Below, in pieces: positions 46,520-57,108 of a stretch of DNA of 64,000 nucleotides. The stretch comes from Candidatus Multivorans sp. (GTDB lineage Bacteria; Acidobacteriota; Thermoanaerobaculia; Multivoradales; Multivoraceae): positions 4,288,001-4,352,000 of the forward strand of contig OZ251997.1 of the NCBI GenBank assembly GCA_965247095.1. Reading direction: 5' to 3'. Both the position numbers and the translations under genes were made by a program. The notes beneath the pieces are model-generated. The model saw only the letters and a program-made list of their open reading frames with translations. It did no database searches and was not told the DNA's origin. Numbering within the stretch: the first letter of the stretch is position 1; every line of letters begins with the position of its first letter.

Positions 46520-46606
46520 CTCGTCTCCTTGTTCCCTGAGGTTTGAAGCGCGCGACTGTAGCAGCGCATCTCGCTCCGCACCGGGGCCCCTCGGAGGGCC
46601 CGTGAC

Positions 46607-48892
46607 GTGACCATGCGGAGCCTGCTCGACGCGGTCGCGCGCTGGACGATCCGCTCGCCGCGAAGCGCGATCGCGTGGGCGGTCGTGCCGGCGCTCGCGC
46701 TGGCGGCACTGCTGCCGGCGACGCCGGTGGACCTCACCTTCGTGGGCGTGATCAACCGCGCCAACGAGCACATCGGCCGCTACTTCGAGATATCCGAGCG
46801 CTACGAGCTCGGCGGGTTGCTGCTGGTGCTGCTCGAAGGCGAGGAGGAGTTGCTCGACGACGCGGTCGAGCGCACGATTCAGGCCGCGTCGGCGCTTCCG
46901 TCGGTGGTTGCTGCGCGCCGTCCGCTGCCGACCGAATGGCTCGAGGAGCAGTCGCCGTGGCTGGTCGAGCGTTCCCTGTTCGACCGTTGGGTGGGGCTCG
47001 TGGAGCACCCGGGCGATGTCGCCAACGCGGCAGAGTTCGCGGCTTCCGCGATCGCGCTTCGCGGCGCCGTCGGCGGTGTGCCCGGCGCCCGGCTGGTCGA
47101 AATCAAGATGGCGCTCGATCCGCTGGAGGAAGAGGTCGGCCGAAGCGCCTTCTTCGAACTCGAAGCCGCGGTTGAGCGCGCGCTTTCCGGTTCGGGGGGC
47201 ACGGTGGGCTTCTCGGGACTGCCGGCGGTGTCGGCTGGCGACCAGGAGCAGACCCTCGGTGCGATCAAGCGCCTCACGCCGATCAGTCTGGCGCTCGTGC
47301 TGCTGCTGTTCCGGATCGTCGAGAAGAGGCCGGGCGGCCTGCTGTCCGTGGCGGCGGTGCTCGTGCTCTCGATCGGCGCGGCGCTCGGCGCGGCCGGTCT
47401 CCTGACCGGCAAGCTGACGATCATGGAGACGTTCTTCGGGGCCACGGTGTTCGGTCTGGGCATCGACTTCGCCGTCCACCTCTTCGTGCGCCAGCGCGAG
47501 GAACTGGCTCACGGGCTTCCCTTCGAGCAGGCGTTGCGCAGGACGGTGACGGGCGCCGGTCGCGGCGTGGTCGCCGGTTGCATCACGACGGCGGGCGCCT
47601 TTCTTGTCGCCGCCGCGGCGCCGGACCCGGTTGCCCTGCACCTCGGCCTGTCCGGCGGCCTGGGGCTGCTCTTCTGCTTGCCGCTGACGCTGTTGATCCT
47701 GCCGTCGGTGTGGGTTCTGAGGGAGCGGAGGCGTCATCGCCGGGGCCAACCCGTGGTTGAGGCCGCAAGGGTGTGCGCGGCGCCGGTCCGGGTTCCGGGT
47801 CTTGCGCTTCTGGTGCGATGGGCGACGGACCGGCCGGTTCGCTGCCTGGTCGTCAGCGCCGCGATGCTGACGGTGGCGCTCGCGGGGTTGCCCCGGCTCC
47901 AGGTCGAGACGCGGCTGGAGCGGATCATGAACCGCGGTATTCCCGCACTCGCGGTGGTCGACCGGATTCAGGAGATTCTGGGGACGAACGGCGCGCCGTG
48001 GATCCTCTCGGCGGAGAGCCTCGAGCAGTCGCGGAGCTTTGCGCGCCGGCTGGACGGGCATCCGCTGTTCAGTGAGGCAGTCAGCCTCGGCGCCATCCTG
48101 CCGGACGATCTCGCGGAACGCACCCTTGCCCTGGAGCGGGTCGTCGGAGGCGAAGACGCGGCCAGGCCGGCGGTGGGCGGTCCGCTCGGGTTCGCGGTCG
48201 AAGCGCTCCGGCGCGCCGCGGCCGCCGGGCCGCCGGACATCGACTCCCTGCCGGCCGGTCTGCGGGAGAAGTTCGTCGCGCCGACCGGCGAATTCCTGGT
48301 CTACGCGTACCCCGTGGACTCGAAGGCCGACGGCGACCTGGCCCGGCGGCAGCGTCTGGCGGTCCAGGCGATCGACCCCGGCGCCACGGGGCTCCTGGCG
48401 GTGGTCGAGGGGATGATGATCGGCAACCGGCCGTGGATCCCGTGGATCGCGGTCTCGATCCTGGCGTTCGTTCTGATCGTCCTGTGCCTCGACTTCCGCC
48501 GCCGGGCGTCGGTTCTGCTGGCGCTGCTGCCGGTTCTGGTCGCCGTGCCGTTCACGCTGGGCGCCTTGTGCTGGGTCGGCATTCCCTTCAACGTGATGAG
48601 CTGGCTGGTGCTCCCCCTGATCTTCGGCCTCGGCATCGACGACGGCATCCACGTCGTTCACCGCATCCTCGACGATCCAACGCAACCAATCCATCAGGCC
48701 GCTTTGTCCGTGGGCCGCGCGATCACGATGACGACCCTCACGACGACCGCCAGTTTCTCCGTTCTTCTGTTCACCGACCACCTGGGCCTGGAGACGATGG
48801 CCGCGGTCATGCTGATCGGTTTGCCGGCGTGCCTGCTGGCGTCGGTGACGGTGCTGCCCGCGGCGGCGGTGCTGCTGCTGGCAAGGCGGTAG
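46607..48892 (+). CDS. MMPL/RND-family transporter (HpnN-like)
   Basis: Two repeats with FGLGIDFAVH and FGLGIDDGIHVVHR; about 12 TM segments. Confidence 0.88.
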   Translation: MTMRSLLDAVARWTIRSPRSAIAWAVVPALALAALLPATPVDLTFVGVINRANEHIGRYFEISERYELGGLLLVLLEGEEELLDDAVERTIQAASALPSVVAARRPLPTEWLEEQSPWLVERSLFDRWVGLVEHPGDVANAAEFAASAIALRGAVGGVPGARLVEIKMALDPLEEEVGRSAFFELEAAVERALSGSGGTVGFSGLPAVSAGDQEQTLGAIKRLTPISLALVLLLFRIVEKRPGGLLSVAAVLVLSIGAALGAAGLLTGKLTIMETFFGATVFGLGIDFAVHLFVRQREELAHGLPFEQALRRTVTGAGRGVVAGCITTAGAFLVAAAAPDPVALHLGLSGGLGLLFCLPLTLLILPSVWVLRERRRHRRGQPVVEAARVCAAPVRVPGLALLVRWATDRPVRCLVVSAAMLTVALAGLPRLQVETRLERIMNRGIPALAVVDRIQEILGTNGAPWILSAESLEQSRSFARRLDGHPLFSEAVSLGAILPDDLAERTLALERVVGGEDAARPAVGGPLGFAVEALRRAAAAGPPDIDSLPAGLREKFVAPTGEFLVYAYPVDSKADGDLARRQRLAVQAIDPGATGLLAVVEGMMIGNRPWIPWIAVSILAFVLIVLCLDFRRRASVLLALLPVLVAVPFTLGALCWVGIPFNVMSWLVLPLIFGLGIDDGIHVVHRILDDPTQPIHQAALSVGRAITMTTLTTTASFSVLLFTDHLGLETMAAVMLIGLPACLLASVTVLPAAAVLLLARR

Positions 48893-48949
48893 CTGGGAGG
48901 TCGGCGTAAACTGAGTTTGCCCTGTGGCCGGACCGTGGGAAGGAGGATC

Positions 48950-49807
48950 ATGAAGCGGATTGGAAAGCGTCTCGAAGTCGGGCCGGGCTGCCGGTGGATC
49001 CTCGCGAGCCGGCTCCTTGCGGCGCTGATCGTTGTTGGTTGCGGTGCACCGAAATCTGCCGGGATTCCGGAGTGGGACGCGAGCGATGAGACCAGCCTCG
49101 AGCGCATCGATCACAGCGCCTGGCAGGACATCCTGGATGGCTACGTCGAGACCGACCCGTCAGGCGTCAATCTGGTGGACTACGCCGCGCTACAGAAGAA
49201 CGGTGACGGCGTCGCGACGCTGGCCAATTACCTCGAGCGTCTGCAGCAACTCGAGCCGAGGGACCATTCACGCGCGGAACAACGGGCGTACTGGATCAAC
49301 CTCTACAACGCGCTCACCTTGTGGGTGGTGCTGGACGCCTATCCAGTGGACTCGATTCGGGACATCCACCGGGGCGTGATCCCGAACGTCGGCCCCTGGG
49401 ACGATGTGCATGCCAACGTCGCTGGCCGAGACCTCACCCTGAACGACATCGAACACGGCATTCTGCGCCCGATCTGGCGCGACAGCCGGATTCACTACGC
49501 CGTGAATTGCGCCGCCTATGGCTGCCCTCACGTGATGGCGACCACCTTCACCGCCGCCAACACGGAGACGTTGCTCGACGGGGCCGCACGGACCTACGTG
49601 AACCATCCCCGGGGTGTCGATTGGGTCGACGACGATTTGATTGTCATCTCGAGCCTCTACGAATGGTACGTCGAGGATTTCGGGGGCACGCGGGAATCGG
49701 TGATCGAGCACCTCGTCGAGTATGCCGACGCCCCGCTCGCAGCGAGGCTTGAGCGGTTCGAAGGCAGGATCGACTACCAGTACGACTGGAGACTCAACCA
49801 GCCGTGA
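48950..49807 (+). CDS. DUF547-domain lipoprotein
   Basis: DHSAWQDIL, AYWINLYNALT, LTLNDIEHGILR, RIHYAVNCAAYGCP, YDWRLN; IVVGC lipobox. Confidence 0.9.
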   Translation: MKRIGKRLEVGPGCRWILASRLLAALIVVGCGAPKSAGIPEWDASDETSLERIDHSAWQDILDGYVETDPSGVNLVDYAALQKNGDGVATLANYLERLQQLEPRDHSRAEQRAYWINLYNALTLWVVLDAYPVDSIRDIHRGVIPNVGPWDDVHANVAGRDLTLNDIEHGILRPIWRDSRIHYAVNCAAYGCPHVMATTFTAANTETLLDGAARTYVNHPRGVDWVDDDLIVISSLYEWYVEDFGGTRESVIEHLVEYADAPLAARLERFEGRIDYQYDWRLNQP

Positions 49808-49862
49808 CGCGGGACATGACCGCTCCATGGCGGCGAACCAAGACAGGAAGGGAGCATCGAGA

Positions 49863-50714
49863 ATGATTCAGATGGGGGAGTTCCGGGGCTTCGAAGCGGC
49901 GATGGAGGATCCGGGGATCCTGGTGATCACGTTCAACCGGCCGGATCGGCTTAACGGCATGAACGCGCGGATGAAGCGCGATCTGCTCGAGACGCTCACC
50001 CAGGCATCGATGGAGGATTCGGTGCGGGTGGTGCTGTTTACCGGCAGCGGCAGGGCGTTCTCGGCTGGCGACGACATCAGCGGCAAGGACCGCGGCGAAC
50101 GCGGCGAGCAACTCGTGCCGGACATCCATCGGGGCCATGACAACGTGCTCGGCACGATCAACGGGTTGCGCAAGATTTCGCAGCCAGTCAACACGGCGAT
50201 CCGGGGCATGGACAAGCTGACGATCGCGGCGATGAACGGTGTCGCGGTGCAGACCGGCTTCTCGCTGGCGCTCAGTTGCGACTTCCGCATCGCCTCGACC
50301 GCGGCGCGAATGGGCAGCGGCACGCTCCGCTTCGGCCTGCTGCCGGACGAGGGCGGCCACTACCTGCTGCTGCAGATGATGGGTCTGCCGAAGACGATCG
50401 ACTTCCTGATGCGCAGCCGGATCGTCGGCGCGGCGGACGCGCTCGAACTCGGGCTCGTCCACGAGGTGGTGGCGCCCGACGACCTGATGCCACGGGCGAT
50501 GGACCTGGCTCGCGAACTCGCGAACGGACCGCAGGTGGCGATGCGACTCCTGAAGCGCAGCCTCTACAACGCCGCCGACCAGACCTGGGAGCAGTCGCTG
50601 GAGGACATCGCGGCCCGGACGCCGATCGGCGACCATCACCCGGACTCCCGGGAGGGTGTGGCCGCGTTCCGTGAGAAGCGGGACCCGGCCTTCAACGCCT
50701 GGTTGGAGGACTGA
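49863..50714 (+). CDS. Enoyl-CoA hydratase/isomerase family protein
   Basis: ITFNRPDRLNGM, TGSGRAFSAGDDI, ALSCDFRIA, EGVAAFREKRDP. Confidence 0.92.
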   Translation: MIQMGEFRGFEAAMEDPGILVITFNRPDRLNGMNARMKRDLLETLTQASMEDSVRVVLFTGSGRAFSAGDDISGKDRGERGEQLVPDIHRGHDNVLGTINGLRKISQPVNTAIRGMDKLTIAAMNGVAVQTGFSLALSCDFRIASTAARMGSGTLRFGLLPDEGGHYLLLQMMGLPKTIDFLMRSRIVGAADALELGLVHEVVAPDDLMPRAMDLARELANGPQVAMRLLKRSLYNAADQTWEQSLEDIAARTPIGDHHPDSREGVAAFREKRDPAFNAWLED

Positions 50715-50802
50715 GCACCGACCGAACGGACGGTAGGTGTTACCCTTTGGAGTTCCGCAGGGACTGAACACACAGCAACCAAACGAGCCAGGGAGTTTCT
50801 CC

Positions 50803-51984
50803 ATGACTGACGCCGTCATCGTTTCCACCGCCCGCACGCCGATCGGCAAGGCCTATCGTGGCGCGTTCAACAATCTCGAATCGCCGACGATGGGAGCGGC
50901 CGCGATTTCCGCCGCGATCGAGCGCGCCGGTATCGAAAAGGGCGAGGTCGACGACGTCGTCATGGGCTGCGCCATGCAGCAGGGCACCCAGGGCTTCAAC
51001 GTAGGCCGCCAGTGCGCGATCCGGGCCGGCCTGCCGGTCGAGGTGTCGGGGATGACGATGGACCGGCAGTGCTCCTCGGGCCTGATGTCGATCGCCACCG
51101 CGGCCAAGCAGGTCATCGTCGACAGGGCGCCGGTCGTCGTCGCCGCCGGTATCGACTCGATCAGCCTGGTGCAGAACGACAAGATTAACGGTTTCCGCGC
51201 TCCCGATCCGTGGATCAGGGACAACAAGCCGGCGCTCCACATGCCGATGATCGACACGGCTGAGGTCGTGGCGAAGCGCTACGGCGTGACCCGCGAGCAG
51301 CAGGACGAGTACGGGCTCCAGAGCCAGCAGCGGACCGCGGCGGGCCAGGAATCGGGCGCCTTCGACGACGAGATCATCACCATGAAGGCGACGAAGATGA
51401 TCCTCGACAGGGCCACCGGCGACATCAGCTTCGGCGAGGTCGAGTTGAACCAGGACGAGGGCAACCGGCCGGGCACCACGATCGAGGGCCTTGCCTCGCT
51501 CAAGCCGGTGCGCGAGAACGGAACGATCACCGCCGGCAACGCCAGCCAGCTTTCCGACGGTGCGTCGGCCTGCGTGGTCATGGACTCGAAGCTGGCCGAG
51601 CAGCGGGGCATCGAGCCGCTCGGCATCTACAGGGGCATGGCGGTCGCCGGCTGCGAGCCGGACGAGATGGGGATCGGTCCCGTCTTCGCCGTTCCCAAGC
51701 TGCTCGAGCGCCAGGGCCTGACGATGGACGACATCGACCTCTGGGAGCTCAACGAAGCGTTCGCGGTCCAGGTCATCTACTGCCGCGACCGGCTGGGCAT
51801 CTCGAACGACAAGCTGAACGTGAACGGCGGCGCGATCTCGATCGGCCATCCCTATGGCATGAGCGGTGCCCGCATGGTTGGCCATGCGCTGATCGAGGGC
51901 AAGCGCCGCGGCGCGAAGAACGTCGTGGTGACAATGTGCATCGGCGGCGGCATGGGGGCGGCGGGACTGTTCGAGGTGGCGTGA
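50803..51984 (+). CDS. Acetyl-CoA C-acyltransferase (thiolase)
   Basis: [41 protein letters not shown]. Confidence 0.96.
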   Translation: MTDAVIVSTARTPIGKAYRGAFNNLESPTMGAAAISAAIERAGIEKGEVDDVVMGCAMQQGTQGFNVGRQCAIRAGLPVEVSGMTMDRQCSSGLMSIATAAKQVIVDRAPVVVAAGIDSISLVQNDKINGFRAPDPWIRDNKPALHMPMIDTAEVVAKRYGVTREQQDEYGLQSQQRTAAGQESGAFDDEIITMKATKMILDRATGDISFGEVELNQDEGNRPGTTIEGLASLKPVRENGTITAGNASQLSDGASACVVMDSKLAEQRGIEPLGIYRGMAVAGCEPDEMGIGPVFAVPKLLERQGLTMDDIDLWELNEAFAVQVIYCRDRLGISNDKLNVNGGAISIGHPYGMSGARMVGHALIEGKRRGAKNVVVTMCIGGGMGAAGLFEVA

Positions 51985-52054
51985 GCCCGAGGGGCGCCAC
52001 TGTGAGAGCGCCGTGCAGTTGCTGCTGGCCTGGCAGTTGTAGCGGGGCAGCCCC

Positions 52055-52972
52055 CTACGTCGGATCCCAGGTGAACACGTCCGTCGTCCGGTCGAGGTCG
52101 TGGAACGACCCGGCCAGGGCCGGCATGCCGTGCTCGGCGATCGCCTCCGGGGTCCAGCCGCCGCCGTTGTGGACCGAGCGGATCGGCCGCGGTTGGCTCA
52201 TCAAGAAGATCTCGTTCTTGCGTACGGCGAAGATCTGACCGCTCACGTCCTTCGCGGCATCGCTCAGCAGGTACACCGCAAGCGGTGCGACCAGGGCCGG
52301 CGTCATCGCCTGCATCTTCGCCACCCGCGCGGCCTGGGCCGGGTCCGCGGTCGGAATCGTGCCGATCAGGCGCGACCAGGCGAACGGGGCGATGCAATTC
52401 GAGCGCACCTCGAAGCGCTGCATGTCGAGGGCAAGGGACTTGGACAACCCGACGATGCCGAGCTTGGCGGCGGCGTAGTTCGCCTGGCCGAAGTTGCCGA
52501 TCAGTCCCGAAGTCGAGGTCATGTGGACGAAGGCGCCGCCGATCTGCTTGCGGTAGTGGGGGGCGGCAGCCCGCGCCATGTTGAAGCTGCCCTTGAGATG
52601 GACGGCGATCACGGCGTCCCAGTCGCTCTCGGTCATCTTGTGGAAGATGCCGTCGCGGAGGATGCCGGCGTTGTTGACGATGCCGTCGACCTGGCCGTAG
52701 CAGTCCAGAGCCTGTTCGATGATCCGCCCGGCGGCGTCGAAGTCGGCGACGTTCTCGTAGTTCGCGGCGGCCCGTCCTCCCGCGGCCACGATCTCGTCGA
52801 CCGCGGCCTGGGCAGGCGTCTGGTCGGCGCCGTCGCCGCGCTCCGAACCGCCGAGGTCGTTGACGATCACCGACGCGCCGTGGGCGGCCGCGAGCAGGGC
52901 GATCTCACGGCCGATGCCGCGGCCCGCGCCGGTGACGACGAGCACCTTCTCGTGGAGCATGCGAGTGTTCAT
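52055..52972 (-). CDS. SDR family oxidoreductase (MFE-2-type 3-hydroxyacyl-CoA dehydrogenase-like)
   Basis: TGAGRGIG, NNAGILRD, GNFGQANYAAAK. Confidence 0.93.
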   Translation of the reverse strand: MNTRMLHEKVLVVTGAGRGIGREIALLAAAHGASVIVNDLGGSERGDGADQTPAQAAVDEIVAAGGRAAANYENVADFDAAGRIIEQALDCYGQVDGIVNNAGILRDGIFHKMTESDWDAVIAVHLKGSFNMARAAAPHYRKQIGGAFVHMTSTSGLIGNFGQANYAAAKLGIVGLSKSLALDMQRFEVRSNCIAPFAWSRLIGTIPTADPAQAARVAKMQAMTPALVAPLAVYLLSDAAKDVSGQIFAVRKNEIFLMSQPRPIRSVHNGGGWTPEAIAEHGMPALAGSFHDLDRTTDVFTWDPT

Positions 52973-52989
52973 TCTGGGGCCTCCAGCTT

Positions 52990-54165
52990 TCAGGCCGCGG
53001 CGATCGCGGCGATGGTTCGACAACCGTCGAGATACTCCTGCACGTCGACGTACTCGTCCACGGTGTGGGGATTGTGCTGTCCCGCGCCCAGGGTCACCGT
53101 GGCCAGACCCTTGGCGTTCAGGTAGTTCGCGTCGAGTCCGCCGTTCGCAACCAGGTACTCGGGCTCCGCGCCGAGGACTGCTCGCACCCGGTCCGCCGCA
53201 AGCTGCACGGGCGGCGATTCGGTCGACATCTCGAACGCCTCGTAGTCGTGTTCAGCGCGGAAGTCGACGTGGCCGCAGGTGCCGTCGGCGCTTGTGACGC
53301 TCTTGGCGGCGCTCTCGAAGGCGTTGCGGTAGGCGGCCGTGATCCGCGCTAGAAAGGCCTTGTCGTGGCTGCGCGACTCTCCGGACACGAAGACGTGGTC
53401 CGTGACCTGGTTGCTCGCTTCCCCGCCGGCCATGCGGCCGATGTTCGAGGTGCCGCTGCCGGCCGGGAGCTCGATCTTGCCGAAAAGGCCCTGGGCGGCG
53501 ACGTCGGCGACAGCGCGCGAGGCGATCAGTGCCGCCGAAACGCCGCGTTCCGGATGGACGCCGGCGTGCGAGGAGCGGCCGTATACATCGACCTCCCACC
53601 GATCCGCGCCGGTCGCGCCGATGATCAGGACGTGCGGCGCGCCGGAGTCGATGTTGAAGCCCATCTCCGGGTTCCCGAGTCGCTCCAACTCGACCGTGCG
53701 TGCGCCCCACAGGCCGATCTCCTCGCCGACCGTCATCAGTACGGTGATCGGCGGCCGCTGCACGTCCTGCGCGAGCAGGGTCTCGATCATCGTGACCAGG
53801 CAGCCGATCGAGGTCCGGTTGTCGCCGCCGAGCGCGGTGTTGCCCTCCGCCTCGATCTTTCCGTTCCGGCGCACCGGCACCGCGCCGCGGCAGAGCGGCA
53901 CCGTGTCGAGATGCCCCATGAACAGTCGCCGCGGTCCCGGCCGGGTGCCGGGGATCGTGACGATCAGGTTGCCGATCTCGAAGTCGCGCGGGATGCGCTC
54001 GTGCGCGTCGTCATGCCCGATCCAGGAGGGTTCGCAGCCGGCGGCCAGCAGCTTCTCCCGGACCGCCGCCGCGACCTGGGCCTCGCGGCCGCTCAGGCCT
54101 TCGATCCTGAGCAGGTCCATGAGGTGGTCGAGGGCGCGGGTCTCGTTGATGTTGGGTGTCGTCAT
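52990..54165 (-). CDS. M20 family metallopeptidase (peptidase T-like)
   Basis: GHLDTVP, LGGDNR, GEEIGLWGA, GRSSHAG, GGLDAN, HTVDE. Confidence 0.92.
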   Translation of the reverse strand: MTTPNINETRALDHLMDLLRIEGLSGREAQVAAAVREKLLAAGCEPSWIGHDDAHERIPRDFEIGNLIVTIPGTRPGPRRLFMGHLDTVPLCRGAVPVRRNGKIEAEGNTALGGDNRTSIGCLVTMIETLLAQDVQRPPITVLMTVGEEIGLWGARTVELERLGNPEMGFNIDSGAPHVLIIGATGADRWEVDVYGRSSHAGVHPERGVSAALIASRAVADVAAQGLFGKIELPAGSGTSNIGRMAGGEASNQVTDHVFVSGESRSHDKAFLARITAAYRNAFESAAKSVTSADGTCGHVDFRAEHDYEAFEMSTESPPVQLAADRVRAVLGAEPEYLVANGGLDANYLNAKGLATVTLGAGQHNPHTVDEYVDVQEYLDGCRTIAAIAAA

Positions 54166-54263
54166 GCTCCGGTCCGGGTTGGGTTCTGGGGCGGAAGTTC
54201 GCGATCCTACTGCCTCTGTGTGACCGCTGAAGGCCTTGTCGGCCGTCTCGTAAACTGCCCCCC

Positions 54264-55724
54264 ATGTCACGAACAGTCTGTTTCGCTCTTCCTGCAGTTC
54301 TCCTGCTGGCCGCGTGCGAGATTCCGCAGTCCGCCGACACCGTCTCGGACCGCCCCCCCAACTTCGTCATCGTCTTCGCCGACGACCTCGGCTGGGGCGA
54401 TCTGGGCAGTTACGGCGCGCCGGTGATTCGGACCCCGAACCTGGACCGGATGGCGGCCGAGGGTCAGCGCTGGACGAACTTCTACGTCACCGCTTCTGTC
54501 TGTTCTCCGAGCCGGGCGGGGTTGCTGACCGGGCGGTTGCCGGTGCGCAGCGGACTCTACGGCGATCGGGCCCGGGTGCTGTTCCCGGACTTCGTGGGCG
54601 GCATCCAGGACGAGGAGGTGACGATCGCCGAGGCGCTGAGCGACCTCGGGTATGCGACGGGCATGTTCGGCAAGTGGCACCTGGGCGATCGGCCGCAGTA
54701 CCTGCCGACCCGGCACGGCTTCGACTACTGGCTCGGCATTCCCTACTCGAACGACATGATGGCGACCCTGGAGCGGGAAGAGCGCCGCGCCGCGTTCCTG
54801 GACCCGAAGATCGAGTACTGGAACGTGCCCCTGATCCGGTCCCGCCGCGCCGCGGACGGAGAGGGCGCCGGCGAGGACGGCGTCGTCACCGAGGTGCTTG
54901 AACAGCCCGCGGACCAGACCACGATCACGAAGCGCTACGCCGAGGAGGCGGTGGACTTCATCCGCGCCCACCGGGACGAGCCGTTCTTCGTCTACCTGCC
55001 GCACAGCATGCCCCACGTGCCGCTGTTCCGGGCGCCCGAGTTCGAGGGCCACAGCGGCGCCGGGCTGTACGGCGACGTGATCGAGGAGATCGACTGGAGC
55101 GTAGGCCGCATCCTCGACACGCTCGAGGAGGAGGGGATCGCGGAGAACACCGTGGTGCTCTTCAGCAGCGACAACGGCCCGTGGACCGCTTTCCGCACCC
55201 AGGGGGGGGTGGCCGGGCCGCTCCGCGAAGGCAAGGGGATGACCTGGGACGGCGGCGTAAGGGTGCCGGGGCTGTTCTGGTGGCCCGGAACGATCGCTCC
55301 GGCGGTAGTCACGGACGAGATCGGGTCAACCAGCGACGTGTTTGCGACCTTCCTCGGTTTGGCCGGCGGCGCCATGCCGGACGACCGGCCGATGGACAGT
55401 CTCGATCTCGGACCGGTACTCCTGGGCGAGAGGGATGGGCCGCGCGACGAGATGGCGTTCTACCGCGGCAGCGAGCTCTACGCTTACCGGGTGCGTAACT
55501 ACAAGGCGCACTTCATCACCCAGGGCGCCTACGGCCTGGCAGGCGAACGAACCGAACATGACCCGCCCCTGCTCTACGGCCTGGCGCTCGACCCCGGTGA
55601 GCAATGGGACGTCGCGGCCGAGCAGCCGGAGGTCCTGGCTGAGGTTACGTCGCGCGCTTTGCAGCACCGGGCCGGAGTCATCGTGGCGCCGTCGGAGTTC
55701 GATCTCCGCACCGGCGTCGAGTGA
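54264..55724 (+). CDS. Arylsulfatase-family sulfatase, lipoprotein
   Basis: PNFVIVFADDLGWGD, CSPSRAGLLTGR (formylglycine motif), GKWHLG. TAAACT sits 7 nt before the ATG, suggesting a leaderless transcript. Confidence 0.95.
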   Translation: MSRTVCFALPAVLLLAACEIPQSADTVSDRPPNFVIVFADDLGWGDLGSYGAPVIRTPNLDRMAAEGQRWTNFYVTASVCSPSRAGLLTGRLPVRSGLYGDRARVLFPDFVGGIQDEEVTIAEALSDLGYATGMFGKWHLGDRPQYLPTRHGFDYWLGIPYSNDMMATLEREERRAAFLDPKIEYWNVPLIRSRRAADGEGAGEDGVVTEVLEQPADQTTITKRYAEEAVDFIRAHRDEPFFVYLPHSMPHVPLFRAPEFEGHSGAGLYGDVIEEIDWSVGRILDTLEEEGIAENTVVLFSSDNGPWTAFRTQGGVAGPLREGKGMTWDGGVRVPGLFWWPGTIAPAVVTDEIGSTSDVFATFLGLAGGAMPDDRPMDSLDLGPVLLGERDGPRDEMAFYRGSELYAYRVRNYKAHFITQGAYGLAGERTEHDPPLLYGLALDPGEQWDVAAEQPEVLAEVTSRALQHRAGVIVAPSEFDLRTGVE

Positions 55725-55781
55725 ACGGCCCGCGACGAGCGGCCGGGAAACGGGTATTCGCCCGCATCGAGCGACCAGGCC

Positions 55782-56006
55782 TCAGGAGCCGGCGTCGTCT
55801 GAGCGCTCCCGGCGCCCTTCGCCTTCCGTGGTCTGCTTTAGATCCTCCGCGAGTCTCTTCAGCTGTTGGATGCGCCGTTGCCAGAGCAGGGCTTCGCGGG
55901 CGACCTGCCTACCGGCCCGGATGCTGCGCAGCCACCAGCCGAAGATCGCGCCGACCAGGGCCGCGGCGGCGACCCAGAACCAGATCTCGAGCAGGATGTA
56001 GAGCAT
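55782..56006 (-). CDS. Small single-pass membrane protein (ArfB/ArfC-like)
   Basis: MLYILLEIWFWVAAAALVGAIFGWWLR; directly downstream of the BON-OmpA gene. Confidence 0.65.
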   Translation of the reverse strand: MLYILLEIWFWVAAAALVGAIFGWWLRSIRAGRQVAREALLWQRRIQQLKRLAEDLKQTTEGEGRRERSDDAGS

Positions 56007-56016
56007 CGGTGTCGGT

Positions 56017-57054
56017 TCAGGGTCGGTGAAGCACGCGGAACCTGATGCGCGGAGTCGAGCCGTCGCCGGTGTCCGCGGCGTCGTCGCCGTTTGTCGCAAG
56101 CGGGCGGTCGCTGCCGTAGCCGACCGCCAGCAACCGGTCCGGATGAATGCTGGCCGACAGAGCGTCGCGCACGGCGCTGGCCTGTTCGAGACTGAGCGAC
56201 CGGTTTGCCGCGGGATCGCCGCCGGCGTCCGTATGGGCGAGGATCTCGACCCGGATCTCGGAGATGTCGGCCAGCGCGGCGCCGATCTCGCCGATCGTGG
56301 CCCTGGCCTCCTCGGTGAGGGCCGACGTGCGGTCCTCGAACTCGATCGCCCCACGTTCCAGCACGCTGCGGATGCGGTTCTCAGCTTCGTGGTTTACGGC
56401 CACGCGTAAAACCCTCATCCGATTGGCGATGTTCCAGCCGGCATTGGCCGCGGCTCCGATCGAGGTGATCTCGAACGTCAGGTGGTCGCGCAGGCCTTCG
56501 CTGGACGTGTGACCGGTCAGAGTCAGCGTTCTGTCCTCGAGCCGCAGGCCCGGGGCGCCGTCCAACCGGCGCAGAAGCTGGATCAGCCTCGGCAGGGTGG
56601 AGAGCCAGGGAGGTTCGGTCACGGAGCTGTCGACGTCGGTCTCGTCGATCACGTTGCCCTGGCCGACGATGGCGGCAGCAGCGTCGAACAGCTCCTGCCT
56701 GCTCTCGGACGTTGGCATCTGGCCCCGGAGCAACCAGATGTCGCCGTCGGGACCGAACTCGAAGGAGGGACCGATGGCCATCTCCAGCCGGCTGTCGACG
56801 CTCCGGACTCCGAGTGTCGCGGCCGCGCGCCGCGCCGCCTCGACTCCGATCTCGGCGAAGGCGACTGTGCCGGAGAGCGTCACGTCGCGTCCGCTCGCCT
56901 GCACACTCAGGTTGCGGACGCCGACATCGGCCAGCGCCGCCGCGGTTCGCGCCTCGATCTCGGCCTGGATGCGTGGTCCCTCGAGGGCGAAGCAGGCAAG
57001 AACCAGGGTCAGGATCGACGCCGTGCCCACCAGGATCACGCTCGGCTCTCTCAT
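56017..57054 (-). CDS. BON + OmpA-C domain protein (ArfA/Rv0899-like)
   Basis: VQASGRDVTLSG (BON); IEFED...AHTDAGGDPAANRSLS...AVGYGSDRPLATN (OmpA-like). Confidence 0.8.
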   Translation of the reverse strand: MREPSVILVGTASILTLVLACFALEGPRIQAEIEARTAAALADVGVRNLSVQASGRDVTLSGTVAFAEIGVEAARRAAATLGVRSVDSRLEMAIGPSFEFGPDGDIWLLRGQMPTSESRQELFDAAAAIVGQGNVIDETDVDSSVTEPPWLSTLPRLIQLLRRLDGAPGLRLEDRTLTLTGHTSSEGLRDHLTFEITSIGAAANAGWNIANRMRVLRVAVNHEAENRIRSVLERGAIEFEDRTSALTEEARATIGEIGAALADISEIRVEILAHTDAGGDPAANRSLSLEQASAVRDALSASIHPDRLLAVGYGSDRPLATNGDDAADTGDGSTPRIRFRVLHRP

Positions 57055-57108
57055 CGTCTTTGTTGCCAGTGCAGGTGTGAAGAGGTTGCTCTGTGGCGCG
57101 TATCGGCG

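Noticed and set aside
45677-49114. 1145-aa minus-strand ORF
   Set aside because: Only the last 280 aa (from ATG 46519, with RBS) are a real LLM oxidoreductase; the rest is the antisense shadow of the MMPL gene in high-GC DNA.
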